Assembly: GCA_964469505.1 (NCBI GenBank)
Contig: CAYXZO010000001.1
Span: 37,402 to 101,401, forward strand
DNA length: 64,000 nucleotides
Source of the DNA: an uncultured Lentisphaeria bacterium
Lineage (GTDB): Bacteria; Fidelibacterota; UBA8477; JABMPR01
Direction of reading: 5' to 3'
Below are positions 42,030-52,093 of the stretch, in pieces. Below the pieces are notes generated by a model. It was given only the letters and a program-made list of their open reading frames with translations, searched no databases and was not told the origin of the DNA. The position numbers and the translations under genes are program-made. Within the stretch, counting starts at the first letter, position 1. Every line of letters begins with the position of its first letter.

Positions 42030-42986
42030 TCAGCGTAGAACGACTTCCACTTTTTCGGGGATTATTTTGGCAATGCGCTGGACACCTTCCGGAGCCTGAA
42101 TGGCCACAGTGTACAGATGAACATCGGGACGCCAAGATTTGCGAAAATCGAAGCTGGCGCTGAAATCCCGGGCTTCCAACTCCAGCAAGCGATCCTGCCC
42201 CCCTTCGGCAACCACATCTACCGTAGCCGGTATTACCACCACTTTATAGCGTGGCGGGACATGTTCAATTTTTACCGGGATATCCTTAAACGTGGCCGTA
42301 CCAATGCTCTGCACATCAACTTTCACTGTTACCTCACTGGGATCCAGTCGCAGCAATTCAGCCGGTGAGACTAAGACTGGCAATTTCAGATTCAAGAATG
42401 TTTCGGCATTTTCCACTAGACGATAAGGAGTTTCCAGTACTCCCAGGGAGCGTACTAGTGAGCGAGGACCGGAAACTTTCACCCGTGGGGGTTCTACCAG
42501 CGGATGCCCCACCACGATATAACCTGGGGCCGGTCTGATTTCCAGATTTGGTTTTACTTCCAGTTCCCGCTCCAGGCTAGCCTCCATACTCACCCAAACC
42601 GTTTCGGGGGCAACCACACCGATAAATTCCAGGTCAAAATCCCGGGGAAGTTTCAGCCGGTCAGGATGGTTCTCTAAATAATCATTCATATCGAAAAAAG
42701 CTGTGCGTTGGACCCGGGATAAGTCGAGTTGCACCACCGCTTCCCGCAAAGAAGGGGAAACGGCCGCCAGGAGCAGGTTTTGTCCCCGCCCCCGGAACCT
42801 CAATCGCAATTCCGATGGCAGGGGGTTAGCTGGGACTTTACCGGACGGCAGATTAACCGCTTGCAGGGGAATGGAAAAATCCCAGAAGAACATCCGGTCA
42901 GTCACTACAAAACCCCAAATTATCACGGCCAGGAAGAGGCTGGTAAGTTTAGCCTGCCAATCCCGGAAAAAATTTCCCGCGGCCAT
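42030..42986 (-). CDS. YbbR-like domain protein (CdaR-like)
   Basis: 318 aa with an N-terminal TM followed by repeated YbbR-like beta modules. The family recognition is moderate. Confidence 0.55.
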   Translation of the reverse strand: MAAGNFFRDWQAKLTSLFLAVIIWGFVVTDRMFFWDFSIPLQAVNLPSGKVPANPLPSELRLRFRGRGQNLLLAAVSPSLREAVVQLDLSRVQRTAFFDMNDYLENHPDRLKLPRDFDLEFIGVVAPETVWVSMEASLERELEVKPNLEIRPAPGYIVVGHPLVEPPRVKVSGPRSLVRSLGVLETPYRLVENAETFLNLKLPVLVSPAELLRLDPSEVTVKVDVQSIGTATFKDIPVKIEHVPPRYKVVVIPATVDVVAEGGQDRLLELEARDFSASFDFRKSWRPDVHLYTVAIQAPEGVQRIAKIIPEKVEVVLR

Positions 42987-43139
42987 GGAATTAATATAGA
43001 CTTTCGCTAGTCACAGCCCAAGTTTACCAAATTCCACCTAAAATCACAGGCCCCGCTTGCAAGGGGCGGGGCCTGTTTTCTATTTGCACACAACCTCGGA
43101 GGAATTCGCTAGGAGCGAACCCTGCCTGAGCAGGAATTT

Positions 43140-45662
43140 CTAGGATTCTTCCCCTGCTTCGCCGGAGGCTTCGCCCTCTTTGTCAGAAGAAGATTTAGCC
43201 TTCTTCCGGGTTTTCTTCTCTTTTACCGGCTCGGCTGGCTCAGATGCTTTATCAGCTTCCGACCCAGTTTCGGTACTTACCTTAGCCGCTGAGGAGTCGG
43301 ATTCTTCACCACCAGCCGTTTCCTTAGCCTCGGTTTCTTTAGCCTTTGATTTGCTCTTAGCGGTTGTGGTTTTCTTCTTTTTGGCGGCCGTTTTCTTTTC
43401 AGGTTCAGCTTCTTCAGTTTCAGTTACGGCTTCTTCTTGGGGTTCTTCTTTTTTAGCGGTGGATTTCTTAGTGGTTCGCTTTTTGGATTTGGTCTTGGTT
43501 TCTGCTTCAGCAGGAGCTTCTTCGGTTTCCGGGGGAGTTTCTTCCTCAGCTTCGGCAGGGGTGCTTTTTTCAGTAGCAGCTGTAGACTCCGCCTCCTCGG
43601 GGCTTTGAGCTTCTTCTTCAGCTTTCAGGGCCTGCACAACTTCTTCAGGTAATTCAATCTTCTCAACGGCTTCCGTCTGCTGTCCACGGAGATACTCTTC
43701 GATTTCGGCCCGTTCCCGATCTTTGATGGCAGCCTCGTGGCTCACCACGATTTTCTTATCGTTGGCGTCCACCCGCACCACTTTGACCTCAACTTCCTGG
43801 CCGATCTCGAACTGCTGCAGAATGTTTTTCCGCTCGCGTTTGCGGAATTCGTTCAAAGGAACGATTCCTTCCACGTCATAATCGGGGAACTCTAGAATAA
43901 TCCCCTTATCCAGCAAACGGATAACCTTGCCCTTATGAACACTGTTGACCGCGAAGTGCTCTTTGATGGCCGGCCATGGATCTTCAGTGACCTGTTTGAT
44001 CCCCAGGGAAATACGATGCTGTTCGGGGTTCAGGTCCAGAATTTTGACCTTCACCCGTTGAGACTTACGCAGCACTTCCCGGGGGTGCCGAACTTTACGA
44101 GTCCAGGACAGATCGGAGATATGGACCAGGCCTTCGATTCCCGGTTCCAGCTCCACGAAAGCCCCGTAAGGCAGGATGTTTTTCACTACCCCTTCATGAA
44201 CCGAGGAAACTACGTAACGTTCCTCGATGGTGCTCCAAGGATCGGGCTGCAAGTCCTTGATACTGAGGGAGATCTTTTGATTCTGCCGATCAACGGAAAG
44301 AACCAGAACTTCCACTTCATCGCCGATCTTGAGCATATCCGAGGGATGCTTGATGTGCTGGGTCCAGGAAAGGGCCGAAACATGGACCAGGCCTTCTACT
44401 CCCTCTTCCAGCTCGATGAAGGCCCCGTACTCCTTTAAGCCGACCACTTTGCCCTTCACCCGGGATCCCGGAGGATATTTCTCTTCCACATGATCCCAGG
44501 GGTGGGGTTGGAGCTGTTTCAGTCCTAGAGAGACCCGTTGGTTTTCCCGGTCGTAGTCAATGATTTTGACTGTGATAGTTTCATCCAGTTTTACGATCTC
44601 CGAGGGATGGTTCACCCGGCCCCAGGAAAGGTCGGTGATATGTAACAGACCATCAACGCCTCCCAGATCGACGAAAACTCCGAAGTCGGTGATGTTCTTT
44701 ACCCGACCTTCGACGATCTTGCCGATTTCCAGATTCTCCAACAAGGCGCGTCGCTTCTCTTCCAGAGCTTCCTTGAGAATCTCTTTCCGGGACAGAACCA
44801 CGTTTTTACGGAAATCGTTTATCTTAACGATTTTGAACTTGAAGGTCTTACCGATATAGCTGTCGAAATCCCTGACGGGGCGCACATCAAGTTGAGAACC
44901 GGGCAGGAAGGCATTCACGCCGTTTACATTGACTACCATCCCGCCCTTGATGCGGCGGGTGATGGTGCCTTCCACCAGTTCACCCCGTTCGTAATGTTTT
45001 TTGATTTCCTGCCAGACCCGCATGAAATCGGCTTTTTTCTTGGAAAGCAGAATCAAGCCGGCGTCATCTTCGATCTGGTCCAGAAAAAGCTCGAGAGTGT
45101 CCCCTACCTGAGGCATTTCATCGGGAGAGAACTCCTCTTTGGGCACCATTCCTTCGGACTTGAAGCCGAAATCCACTATGATCTCTTTCTCACCGATGGA
45201 AATCACCCGGCCTTTCACCAGTGATTTCTGGCTGAAGACCTGCATGGCTTCTTCCATCAATTTCTGGTATGAAGTGGATTCACCCTCCAGGTCCTGCTTC
45301 TCCTCCGGCAAATCCTGGCGTTTGACAATGCGGATCTGCTTGAAAAGCTCGTTCATAGCCGCCCGTTTATCAATTGCGCGGGATTTAGCCGGGGTTTCTT
45401 TCTCGGCTTCCTCCTTAGCCTTTACCTGGGCTTCTTCTTTTTCTTTGACTTCCTTAGAGACAGATTCCGGCTTTGCCGTTTCTGCGGCCCCACTGGTTTC
45501 AGTGGCAGTGGTAGCTGCTTTTGACTCCTCCCCGCCAGTGGAGGGAGTCGCATCAGCGGTTTGCTCCGCGGGCGTCGTCGCGACGGCGTCGGAGTCATTC
45601 AGGACAGCTTCCCCTTTCTCAGTTTTCACTGGGGAAGTATCCTTTTTGGGTTCTTCAGTCAT
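43140..45662 (-). CDS. rpsA: 30S ribosomal protein S1 with long N- and C-terminal low-complexity charged extensions
   Basis: 840 aa with six S1 domains (e.g. …KGRVISIGEKEIIVDFGFKSEGMVP…, …EGRVKNITDFGVFVDLGGVDGLLHITDLSW…). There is an approximately 100-aa Thr/Ala/Glu/Lys-rich N-terminus and an approximately 200-aa KE/AT-rich tail (…KTKSKKRTTKKSTAKKEE…KKKKTTTAKSKSKAKETEAKE…). It overlaps cmk by 4 nt. Confidence 0.9.
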   Translation of the reverse strand: MTEEPKKDTSPVKTEKGEAVLNDSDAVATTPAEQTADATPSTGGEESKAATTATETSGAAETAKPESVSKEVKEKEEAQVKAKEEAEKETPAKSRAIDKRAAMNELFKQIRIVKRQDLPEEKQDLEGESTSYQKLMEEAMQVFSQKSLVKGRVISIGEKEIIVDFGFKSEGMVPKEEFSPDEMPQVGDTLELFLDQIEDDAGLILLSKKKADFMRVWQEIKKHYERGELVEGTITRRIKGGMVVNVNGVNAFLPGSQLDVRPVRDFDSYIGKTFKFKIVKINDFRKNVVLSRKEILKEALEEKRRALLENLEIGKIVEGRVKNITDFGVFVDLGGVDGLLHITDLSWGRVNHPSEIVKLDETITVKIIDYDRENQRVSLGLKQLQPHPWDHVEEKYPPGSRVKGKVVGLKEYGAFIELEEGVEGLVHVSALSWTQHIKHPSDMLKIGDEVEVLVLSVDRQNQKISLSIKDLQPDPWSTIEERYVVSSVHEGVVKNILPYGAFVELEPGIEGLVHISDLSWTRKVRHPREVLRKSQRVKVKILDLNPEQHRISLGIKQVTEDPWPAIKEHFAVNSVHKGKVIRLLDKGIILEFPDYDVEGIVPLNEFRKRERKNILQQFEIGQEVEVKVVRVDANDKKIVVSHEAAIKDRERAEIEEYLRGQQTEAVEKIELPEEVVQALKAEEEAQSPEEAESTAATEKSTPAEAEEETPPETEEAPAEAETKTKSKKRTTKKSTAKKEEPQEEAVTETEEAEPEKKTAAKKKKTTTAKSKSKAKETEAKETAGGEESDSSAAKVSTETGSEADKASEPAEPVKEKKTRKKAKSSSDKEGEASGEAGEES

Positions 45663-46339
45663 GCATTTCCTCCCTTGAATTTGGGCATGGTTTTGATGTT
45701 ACTCACTACGTAAGCGACCTGTTCATCTATGGAAAGGCCAGTTGTATCCAGTACCAGTGCGTCAGGAGCCGGCTTCAATGGTGACAGCGTACGCGAGGAA
45801 TCGTACTCGTCACGGGCGCGAATTTCCTGCTCCACTTCATCCAGGGATTTGTCAATCCCCTTGGCCAGCAATTCTTTTCGGCGCCTTTCTGCCCGGGTGC
45901 GCAGATCCGCCACTAGATAAATTTTCAATTCCGCATCGGGGAAAACCACGGTCCCCATATCCCGGCCCTCAGTAACCACATCATAGTGCCGAGCCAGTTC
46001 CCGCTGGAGCGTAACCATTTTCTGCCGTACCGGTGCCAGGGCACTCACCTGGCTTACCCCCTGAGTCACTTCCGGCAAGCGCAACTCATCGGTAAGCAGC
46101 TGGCCGTTAAGCCTGATCAGCTGCTCGCGTCCCTGATATTCAACCTGGAGGTCCAGCTCGTCTAGGGCCTGGGCAACAGCCTTGGAATCTTGGGGATCAA
46201 TCCCTTTCTGTAAGAAGTAATATGTTACCGCCCGATACATGGCGCCGGTGTCCATGTGCTTAAAACCCAAAGCCTCCGCCACTCCGCGAGCGGTGGTGCT
46301 TTTGCCGGCAGCTGCAGGACCATCTATTGTGACTATCAT
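45659..46339 (-). CDS. cmk: Cytidylate kinase
   Basis: 226 aa beginning MIVTIDGPAAAGKSTTARGVAEALGFKHMDTGAMYRAVTYY… (P-loop). Classic cmk-rpsA pairing. Confidence 0.9.
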   Translation of the reverse strand: MIVTIDGPAAAGKSTTARGVAEALGFKHMDTGAMYRAVTYYFLQKGIDPQDSKAVAQALDELDLQVEYQGREQLIRLNGQLLTDELRLPEVTQGVSQVSALAPVRQKMVTLQRELARHYDVVTEGRDMGTVVFPDAELKIYLVADLRTRAERRRKELLAKGIDKSLDEVEQEIRARDEYDSSRTLSPLKPAPDALVLDTTGLSIDEQVAYVVSNIKTMPKFKGGNA

Positions 46340-46454
46340 ATCGGCCTGAATGAACTGTTTTTGTTAAAGTTGTGCCATTCGTTCTCAAGGCCGCCGAATA
46401 TAGACGACGCCCCCCCGAGAAACAACGCTGGAATGCGACTTTTTTTCACCGAAT

Positions 46455-48167
46455 TCAATATTTTATCCGATAACCTTTGTCTTCGAATTCCAGTACCCAG
46501 TTGACTACCGCCCCGATATCCATCTCTTCCACTGCCGCCAGGAAACGCCGGTTGCGATAGTAGGAAGAAGAATAATCCATGCGGGTCTCGCTACTCATCA
46601 TTTCCTGCATCCGTTTGAAGCGCTCCTGCCAGGTCACCATGTTCTCCCGTCGTAGATCCAACCAGCCCTGGGCGGTCCAGCGGTCAATATTCTCCGGGGT
46701 TACTTCCAGCACCGGCCGACCTTCGAAGTTAGGAATGGAGATATCGGGCCCTCGGAGCAGATTCTTGCCATCGCTGAGCAAAATCGGAGTTCCCACCGAC
46801 AGGATAGTACTTCGGAGGGCGGAATCTTTCAGAATCAACTCTTCCATTTCCCGGGTTAAATCGCTGGGGCGGGCTTTTATTACGGCTTCCAAGCTACCTT
46901 TCAGGCGTTTCAACATATAGGCCTCGTAGAGTAGTTTGGTCAGGCGGGGTGGTCCCAGCAATTCGAACGCCACGCTGTCGCAATCTTTTTCCTTCTCCAA
47001 TTGACGCATTTTCTGCAATGCGGCATACCGCAGCAGTCCCCCACGGTAAGAAGGCGGTAGCACTGCGGCGTCCAGCGCCGCCATTATGTCATGGCCGGTG
47101 TTCCCCCCTTTGATTTCCAACAGGACATTGTCGGCGATTTCTTCGGGGGTGATGAATTCCATCTGACCTTCCGCCGTCAGAACCGCGAACTCGCCCGCCG
47201 AGAAATAACCATTCTCCCCGGCATCTATGTACACCGATTCCAGAACCCGGTCTTCCAGGCGTTCCCAGCTGCATTTGGGACTACGGGACAGGGTGGGCCC
47301 CAACGCAGTTTTCTCCGATGGTCGACAGTCATAGAGGGGAATAGTAGTACCTTTCCGGATTACCTCCCCGTAGCCGATTTTCTTCCAGGCGATGGCGGCT
47401 GCCGGTTTTAGTTCCTTGACTACGGGCGAATTGGGGGTTCTTCCCAGAAGCCACAACAGCATGGTGTGAGCTCCCGCCAGGGAGGATTTACTCATAAGCA
47501 TCTTGGAGGGTCGATCTTCGGAATGGGTGTAAGGAATGTTGAACCCCATACCGCCGGTACCGGTAGTTCCTACCTTCAGATAGAATTCTACCTTCCCCCG
47601 GCGCATGGCTTCGATCAACAATTGCACGTGACGAATCAACTGAGGGATGTAAAGGGTGGCCATAGTGTTTTCGATTTTCCCCAGAAGTTCCTGGGGTACG
47701 TGCTGGGCTTCCCGGGCTTGTTGCAGATCCGTGCGCAGCTCAGCCACCAGCTGATAGATGTTCTGATAGGCAAAGGCGGTGGCGGTATTGATACAGTCGA
47801 TGAGAATTTGAGGCTTGAAGCGATTTATGACCTGAACCAACTTGGAACTGCTGATGATTTCTTCGGTCAGGTCGTCATAAATGTCGTGGATGAGCAGTTG
47901 GACCAGTTTGCGATCTTTGAAAATATCCCGTTTGGGTTTATCGGCCAGTTCCACTCTGACAAACAGATCTCCCCAGTCCACAGAAATACGGGTTCCCTGG
48001 TTGGCCGGGTGATTCACCAGCAGGGCCTGGATTTCCCGCGCTTCCTGTTCCCGTAATGAGGTAAGTATCAATTCCGTGGGGCGTTCTTTGAGAATCTGGC
48101 GGGCAATGGCTTGGCCCACCAAACCCCAACCTCCGAAAATCATCACTCGTTTACCCTGAATATCCAT
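46455..48167 (-). CDS. Conserved hypothetical protein (570 aa) with an N-terminal Rossmann-like dinucleotide-binding motif
   Basis: N-terminal MDIQGKRVMIFGGWGLVGQAIARQIL… (GxGxxG-like). No confident family was recalled. It overlaps the rluB stop by 17 nt and is last in the trpS-scpAB-rluB operon. Confidence 0.55.
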   Translation of the reverse strand: MDIQGKRVMIFGGWGLVGQAIARQILKERPTELILTSLREQEAREIQALLVNHPANQGTRISVDWGDLFVRVELADKPKRDIFKDRKLVQLLIHDIYDDLTEEIISSSKLVQVINRFKPQILIDCINTATAFAYQNIYQLVAELRTDLQQAREAQHVPQELLGKIENTMATLYIPQLIRHVQLLIEAMRRGKVEFYLKVGTTGTGGMGFNIPYTHSEDRPSKMLMSKSSLAGAHTMLLWLLGRTPNSPVVKELKPAAAIAWKKIGYGEVIRKGTTIPLYDCRPSEKTALGPTLSRSPKCSWERLEDRVLESVYIDAGENGYFSAGEFAVLTAEGQMEFITPEEIADNVLLEIKGGNTGHDIMAALDAAVLPPSYRGGLLRYAALQKMRQLEKEKDCDSVAFELLGPPRLTKLLYEAYMLKRLKGSLEAVIKARPSDLTREMEELILKDSALRSTILSVGTPILLSDGKNLLRGPDISIPNFEGRPVLEVTPENIDRWTAQGWLDLRRENMVTWQERFKRMQEMMSSETRMDYSSSYYRNRRFLAAVEEMDIGAVVNWVLEFEDKGYRIKY

Positions 48168-48873
48168 GGGCCTGCTCCTTCAGTTTTGCGATTTCCCCGT
48201 CCTCCAAATAACGCCACCGGCCCACCGCCAGCGCATCCACCCGGATGCCAGCGAAAGCCGCCCGATGCAACCGCTCCACCCGATATCCCAGAGCTTGAAA
48301 CAACCGCTTTACCTCCCGTTTTATCCCCTCCCGCAGCACAAGGCGTACCAGGAACCCATTCTTTTGGGGAGTAACCTCCAACACCTCTCCCCGAGCAATT
48401 TTCCCAGACTCAAGTTCCACTCCGGTGGCAATTCGCTCCAGTTCCTCAGGTGTGGGTCGAGCACGGAGCCATACTTCATATTCTTTTGGCACCTGAAACC
48501 GGGGGTGAGTCAGCAGATGAGCCAGATCGCCCGAATTGGTAAGTAATAACGCCCCGGTGGTATCGAAATCCAATCTGCCGATGGGAAACAGACGGATATC
48601 GGATGGAACCAGATCCATCACCGTCGGTCGTCCGAAGGGATCGGATACGGTGGTAAGATAACCGGCAGGTTTGTGCAAGAGGATTACTACCGTTTGGGTG
48701 GGCAATTTAACCCGATGGCCTTTGAAGAAAACCTCATCCCGACCGATCTCCACCTGCCGGGCCGGGTTGCGCTCCACTTCTCCGTTGACTACCACGAAGC
48801 CGCGTCGGATGAGGGCATCGCAGGTACGACGCGAGGCCACTCCGGCCTGGGCCAGATAGCGGTTCAAACGCAT
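48151..48873 (-). CDS. rluB: 23S rRNA pseudouridine synthase (RluB/RsuA family; S4 domain plus PseudoU_synth_2)
   Basis: 240 aa beginning MRLNRYLAQAGVASRRTCDALIRRGFVVVNGE… (S4 domain), with …LFPIGRLDFDTTGALLLTNSGDL… catalytic Asp region. Confidence 0.85.
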   Translation of the reverse strand: MRLNRYLAQAGVASRRTCDALIRRGFVVVNGEVERNPARQVEIGRDEVFFKGHRVKLPTQTVVILLHKPAGYLTTVSDPFGRPTVMDLVPSDIRLFPIGRLDFDTTGALLLTNSGDLAHLLTHPRFQVPKEYEVWLRARPTPEELERIATGVELESGKIARGEVLEVTPQKNGFLVRLVLREGIKREVKRLFQALGYRVERLHRAAFAGIRVDALAVGRWRYLEDGEIAKLKEQAHGYSG

Positions 48874-48924
48874 GCCTCCCTCCCGCAGAAGGCTATGTTG
48901 AATCGGGGTACCGTTGGACGGGAC

Positions 48925-49482
48925 CTAAAGAAGATTCTCCTCCTCGTTCTGAAACAAGGATTCCGCTTCTTTCAACGGCGGGAGATCGGCCAAAGATTTC
49001 AAGCCGAAATATTGTAGGAATTGAGTGCTGGTGCGGTAGAGAAGAGGTCGGCCGGGCCCTTCATCTCGCCCGGCGATTTCGATCAAATGCCGCTCAAGTA
49101 AGGTTCGTAGGGAAGATTCGGAAGATACCCCCCGGATATTGTCTATTACCGCCCGGGTCACCGGTTGGCGATAAGTAATGACTGCCAAAGTTTCCAGGGC
49201 GGCCTGGGAAAGTCGCAAGCGTTGCCCTTTGTGGTATAGGCGTTTGATATAGGTCTGAAATTCAGGCTTGGTAACGATCTGATAACCGCCGGCCACCTCG
49301 AAAATGGTGAAAGCCCGCTGATCGGTTTCATAATGTTCCTGGAGGGCGGCGATAACCTCAGCCAGGGGTGGCACCTGATCGTCTTCGATTCCCAGCGCCT
49401 GGCGGTAACGCTTTTCCGTAAGGGGTTCGGGAGTGGCAATGAGCAGCGCCTCAACGATGGGTATCACTTCATTCAGCTCCAT
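48925..49482 (-). CDS. scpB: Segregation and condensation protein B
   Basis: 185-aa winged-helix protein following scpA with a 14-nt overlap. Confidence 0.8.
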   Translation of the reverse strand: MELNEVIPIVEALLIATPEPLTEKRYRQALGIEDDQVPPLAEVIAALQEHYETDQRAFTIFEVAGGYQIVTKPEFQTYIKRLYHKGQRLRLSQAALETLAVITYRQPVTRAVIDNIRGVSSESSLRTLLERHLIEIAGRDEGPGRPLLYRTSTQFLQYFGLKSLADLPPLKEAESLFQNEEENLL

Positions 49483-50209
49483 AAGCCACTCCTCTATAAA
49501 GTAGTAAATCTTCGAACATTTTTTTCTGAACCACGCGAACGGTTCGATCCCGCAGACATTCCAATAGGGCCAGAAAAGTCACCACAATAACCAGTCGCGA
49601 CTGAAGTTGTTGCATCAGCTCCAGGAAAGAAAGGGGTTCTTTGGCAGCCAACATATCCAACAAATATCGTTTCTGCTCGGTAACGGTGATCTCCTCAAGT
49701 TGAACCTCGTGGAAGGTTTCCTGTCGGTGGCGTTTGAGCAGATCCTGGAAAGTAGCCATAATGTCGTATAGCTGGACTTCCGCCAATGATTCTTCCGGCT
49801 CCACCGGGTAGCCGGCTTCTACCGGGGCCGGTATACGATAGAAATATCGACTTTGGATATCTTCCTTCAGGGCCAGTTCCTGGGCGGCCTCCTTGAAACG
49901 CTTGTATTCCAGCAACATATTTACCAGCTCGGTGCGGGGATCTTCCACTTCACCCCCCTGCTCATCCTCAGGAGCCGGCAGAAGCATGCGCGCTTTCATT
50001 TTCAGCAAAGTGGCCGCCATCAACACGTAATCCCCGGCGTTGGCCAAGTGGATTTCCTTTGCCTGCTCCACATATCTCAGAAACTTGCCGGTGATTTCCG
50101 CCAAAGGAATGTCATAAATATCAATCTCATCCTTACGGATAAGGAACAACAAGAGGTCCAGGGGACCTTCGAACATTTCTAGTTGAACCCGATAGGGGTT
50201 GAGCGCCAT
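49469..50209 (-). CDS. scpA: Segregation and condensation protein A. The preferred start is the internal Met at 50209 (MALNPYRVQLEMFEGPLDLLLFLI…), because the listed upstream start at 50290 would overlap trpS by 80 nt.
   Basis: ScpA N-terminal signature …FEGPLDLLLFLIRKDEIDIYDIPLAEIT…. The start choice is an inference. Confidence 0.8.
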   Translation of the reverse strand: MALNPYRVQLEMFEGPLDLLLFLIRKDEIDIYDIPLAEITGKFLRYVEQAKEIHLANAGDYVLMAATLLKMKARMLLPAPEDEQGGEVEDPRTELVNMLLEYKRFKEAAQELALKEDIQSRYFYRIPAPVEAGYPVEPEESLAEVQLYDIMATFQDLLKRHRQETFHEVQLEEITVTEQKRYLLDMLAAKEPLSFLELMQQLQSRLVIVVTFLALLECLRDRTVRVVQKKMFEDLLLYRGVAYGAE

Positions 50210-50210
50210 C

Positions 50211-51221
50211 CTATTGGTAGGGAACGAATCCGATTTTGCGGTAAACCTTACGCAGAGTGCGCCGGGCCAAGCTTTGAGCTTCAGCGGCACCCCGTTGGAG
50301 AATTTCCTCCAGATACTTTTTCTCGGAGCGTATTTCCCGATAGCGGGCCTGAAAAGGTTCCAAAACCGCCACCACCAGATCGGCTAATTCCCGCTTTAGA
50401 TCCGCATACCCCCGCCCCTGGAATTTTTCCACCACCTGGGACAATTCCTCCCGGGATAAAGCAGCGTAGATGTTGAGTAAATTAGCCAGCCCTGGTTTGT
50501 TCTCCGGATCGTAAACGACTTCCCGCCCAGAATCGGTGACCGCCCGTTTGATCTTCCGCCGCAACACATCGGGCGGGTCCAACAACGCCAGGTAATTGTT
50601 GGGGTTGGCGTCGGACTTGGACATTTTCTTAGTGGGATCCTGCAGACTCATGATACGAGCACCGGTGGGCGGAATGTAGGGCTCCGGGACTTTAAAAGTA
50701 GGGCCGTAACGGTGATTGAAACGCTGGGCCAGGTCCCTGGTAAGTTCCAGATGCTGTTTCTGGTCTTCACCCACCGGTACCAGATCGGTCTGATACAAGA
50801 GGATGTCAGCGGCCATCAGAACCGGGTAGGTATACAGCCCGGCGTTGATGTTCTCAGCATGGCGGCGAGCTTTATCCTTGAATTGGGTCATACGGTTCAA
50901 TTCGCCCATATGGGTAAAGCACCCTAAAACCCAGGCCAGTTCCGCATGTTGGGGGACGTGGGATTGGATGAAAATGATATTGCGTTCGGGATCGATCCCC
51001 GCCGCCAGGTATTGTGCAGCAAAGGAAAGACAGCGCTGCCTTAAAGCCGCGGGCTCCTGCTGAACCGTAATGGCATGCAGATCGACTACAATGAAGATGC
51101 CCAGATATTTATCCTGCAAAGCCACCCAATTGCGCATGGCCCCTACAAAATTGCCAATGGCCAGCTCACCGGAGGGCTGAATACCGGAAAGCAGAATAGG
51201 ACGTGATTCGGATGTGGTCAT
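50211..51221 (-). CDS. trpS: Tryptophanyl-tRNA synthetase
   Basis: 336 aa with …LSGIQPSGELAIGNFVGA… (HIGH-region variant) and …KMSKSDAN… KMSKS motif. Confidence 0.93.
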   Translation of the reverse strand: MTTSESRPILLSGIQPSGELAIGNFVGAMRNWVALQDKYLGIFIVVDLHAITVQQEPAALRQRCLSFAAQYLAAGIDPERNIIFIQSHVPQHAELAWVLGCFTHMGELNRMTQFKDKARRHAENINAGLYTYPVLMAADILLYQTDLVPVGEDQKQHLELTRDLAQRFNHRYGPTFKVPEPYIPPTGARIMSLQDPTKKMSKSDANPNNYLALLDPPDVLRRKIKRAVTDSGREVVYDPENKPGLANLLNIYAALSREELSQVVEKFQGRGYADLKRELADLVVAVLEPFQARYREIRSEKKYLEEILQRGAAEAQSLARRTLRKVYRKIGFVPYQ

Positions 51222-51232
51222 AGCTGCACCGT

Positions 51233-52093
51233 CTATTTCGATTCCAAGTTTAGTACACGTCGAGCCCCCAGGCAGCGTTTTGCCAGCCGGGGATGATAAA
51301 TGCTGCCGTGGGTGGGATTCAGGGAGTTGATTTTCACAAAACCCGAAGCGTGAATGAAAGCTCCGTCCCCTAAATGCAAGGCCACGTGTGTAATGGTTTT
51401 ACCTTCTTCCTCGGAGAAAAAAATCAGATCTGCTGGTTCCCAACTCTGCCAGTCCCGCCCCAGGTCCTGGCCTACCGTTCCCTGCTGGTGAGAATCCCTA
51501 GGCAATTTAAAGCCGTGCAAGCGAAAGACCGTCTGCACAAAGCCGGAACAATCGAAACCTTTGGGACTGCGTCCGCCCCAGAAATATTGAATACCTAAAA
51601 AACGAAAGGCGGTTTGGAGCAGATCTTCCCGTGAAAGTTGTTGAGGCGGTTGCCAGGGATCATCTTTTAGCCAGCCCTCTTGACCATCGGGTAAGCGAAC
51701 CTGAACCCAGCCGTCCTGGCGATCGACCAAGGGTAAGGGCGAACCGATGGTGATGTCCCGTAGAGCTACGGCATCGGGGTTAGGAGTTTCCCGGATGAAA
51801 TCCCACAGCGCGTTGGGAATAAACATCTCGTGGGCCTCCCAATCCTCCGGTTTAGGGACCACGAAAGCCTTGCGAATCCAGGCTTCATAATCGTCTTCCA
51901 TCCGGACCCGAATCCAATCGGGGATCTCTTCCAGCACCAGCAGTTTCTCACCCAGAAAGGACTGGGAAGTGGTATCGGAAGTAAAGCTGGGCTCGCGATA
52001 GGTAAATGCTACGCTGACGTTGGTGAGCATTTCTTTGTCAGTATGGTAAGGCATAGTTCGCGGCGAATTTACGAGGGCCAGGGGGGAATACAA
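51233..52093 (-). CDS. NlpC/P60 (C40) family cell-wall peptidase with an N-terminal SH3-like region
   Basis: 286 aa with …GGRSPKGFDCSGFVQTVFRLHGFKLPRDSHQQ…HVALHLGDGAFIHAS… (Cys-His catalytic pattern). Confidence 0.8.
   Translation of the reverse strand: MYSPLALVNSPRTMPYHTDKEMLTNVSVAFTYREPSFTSDTTSQSFLGEKLLVLEEIPDWIRVRMEDDYEAWIRKAFVVPKPEDWEAHEMFIPNALWDFIRETPNPDAVALRDITIGSPLPLVDRQDGWVQVRLPDGQEGWLKDDPWQPPQQLSREDLLQTAFRFLGIQYFWGGRSPKGFDCSGFVQTVFRLHGFKLPRDSHQQGTVGQDLGRDWQSWEPADLIFFSEEEGKTITHVALHLGDGAFIHASGFVKINSLNPTHGSIYHPRLAKRCLGARRVLNLESK

Noticed and set aside
49469-50290. Upstream start for scpA at 50290
   Set aside because: It would overlap trpS by 80 nt and add a non-conserved 27-aa extension. 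The internal Met at 50209 abuts the trpS stop and begins the conserved ScpA sequence.
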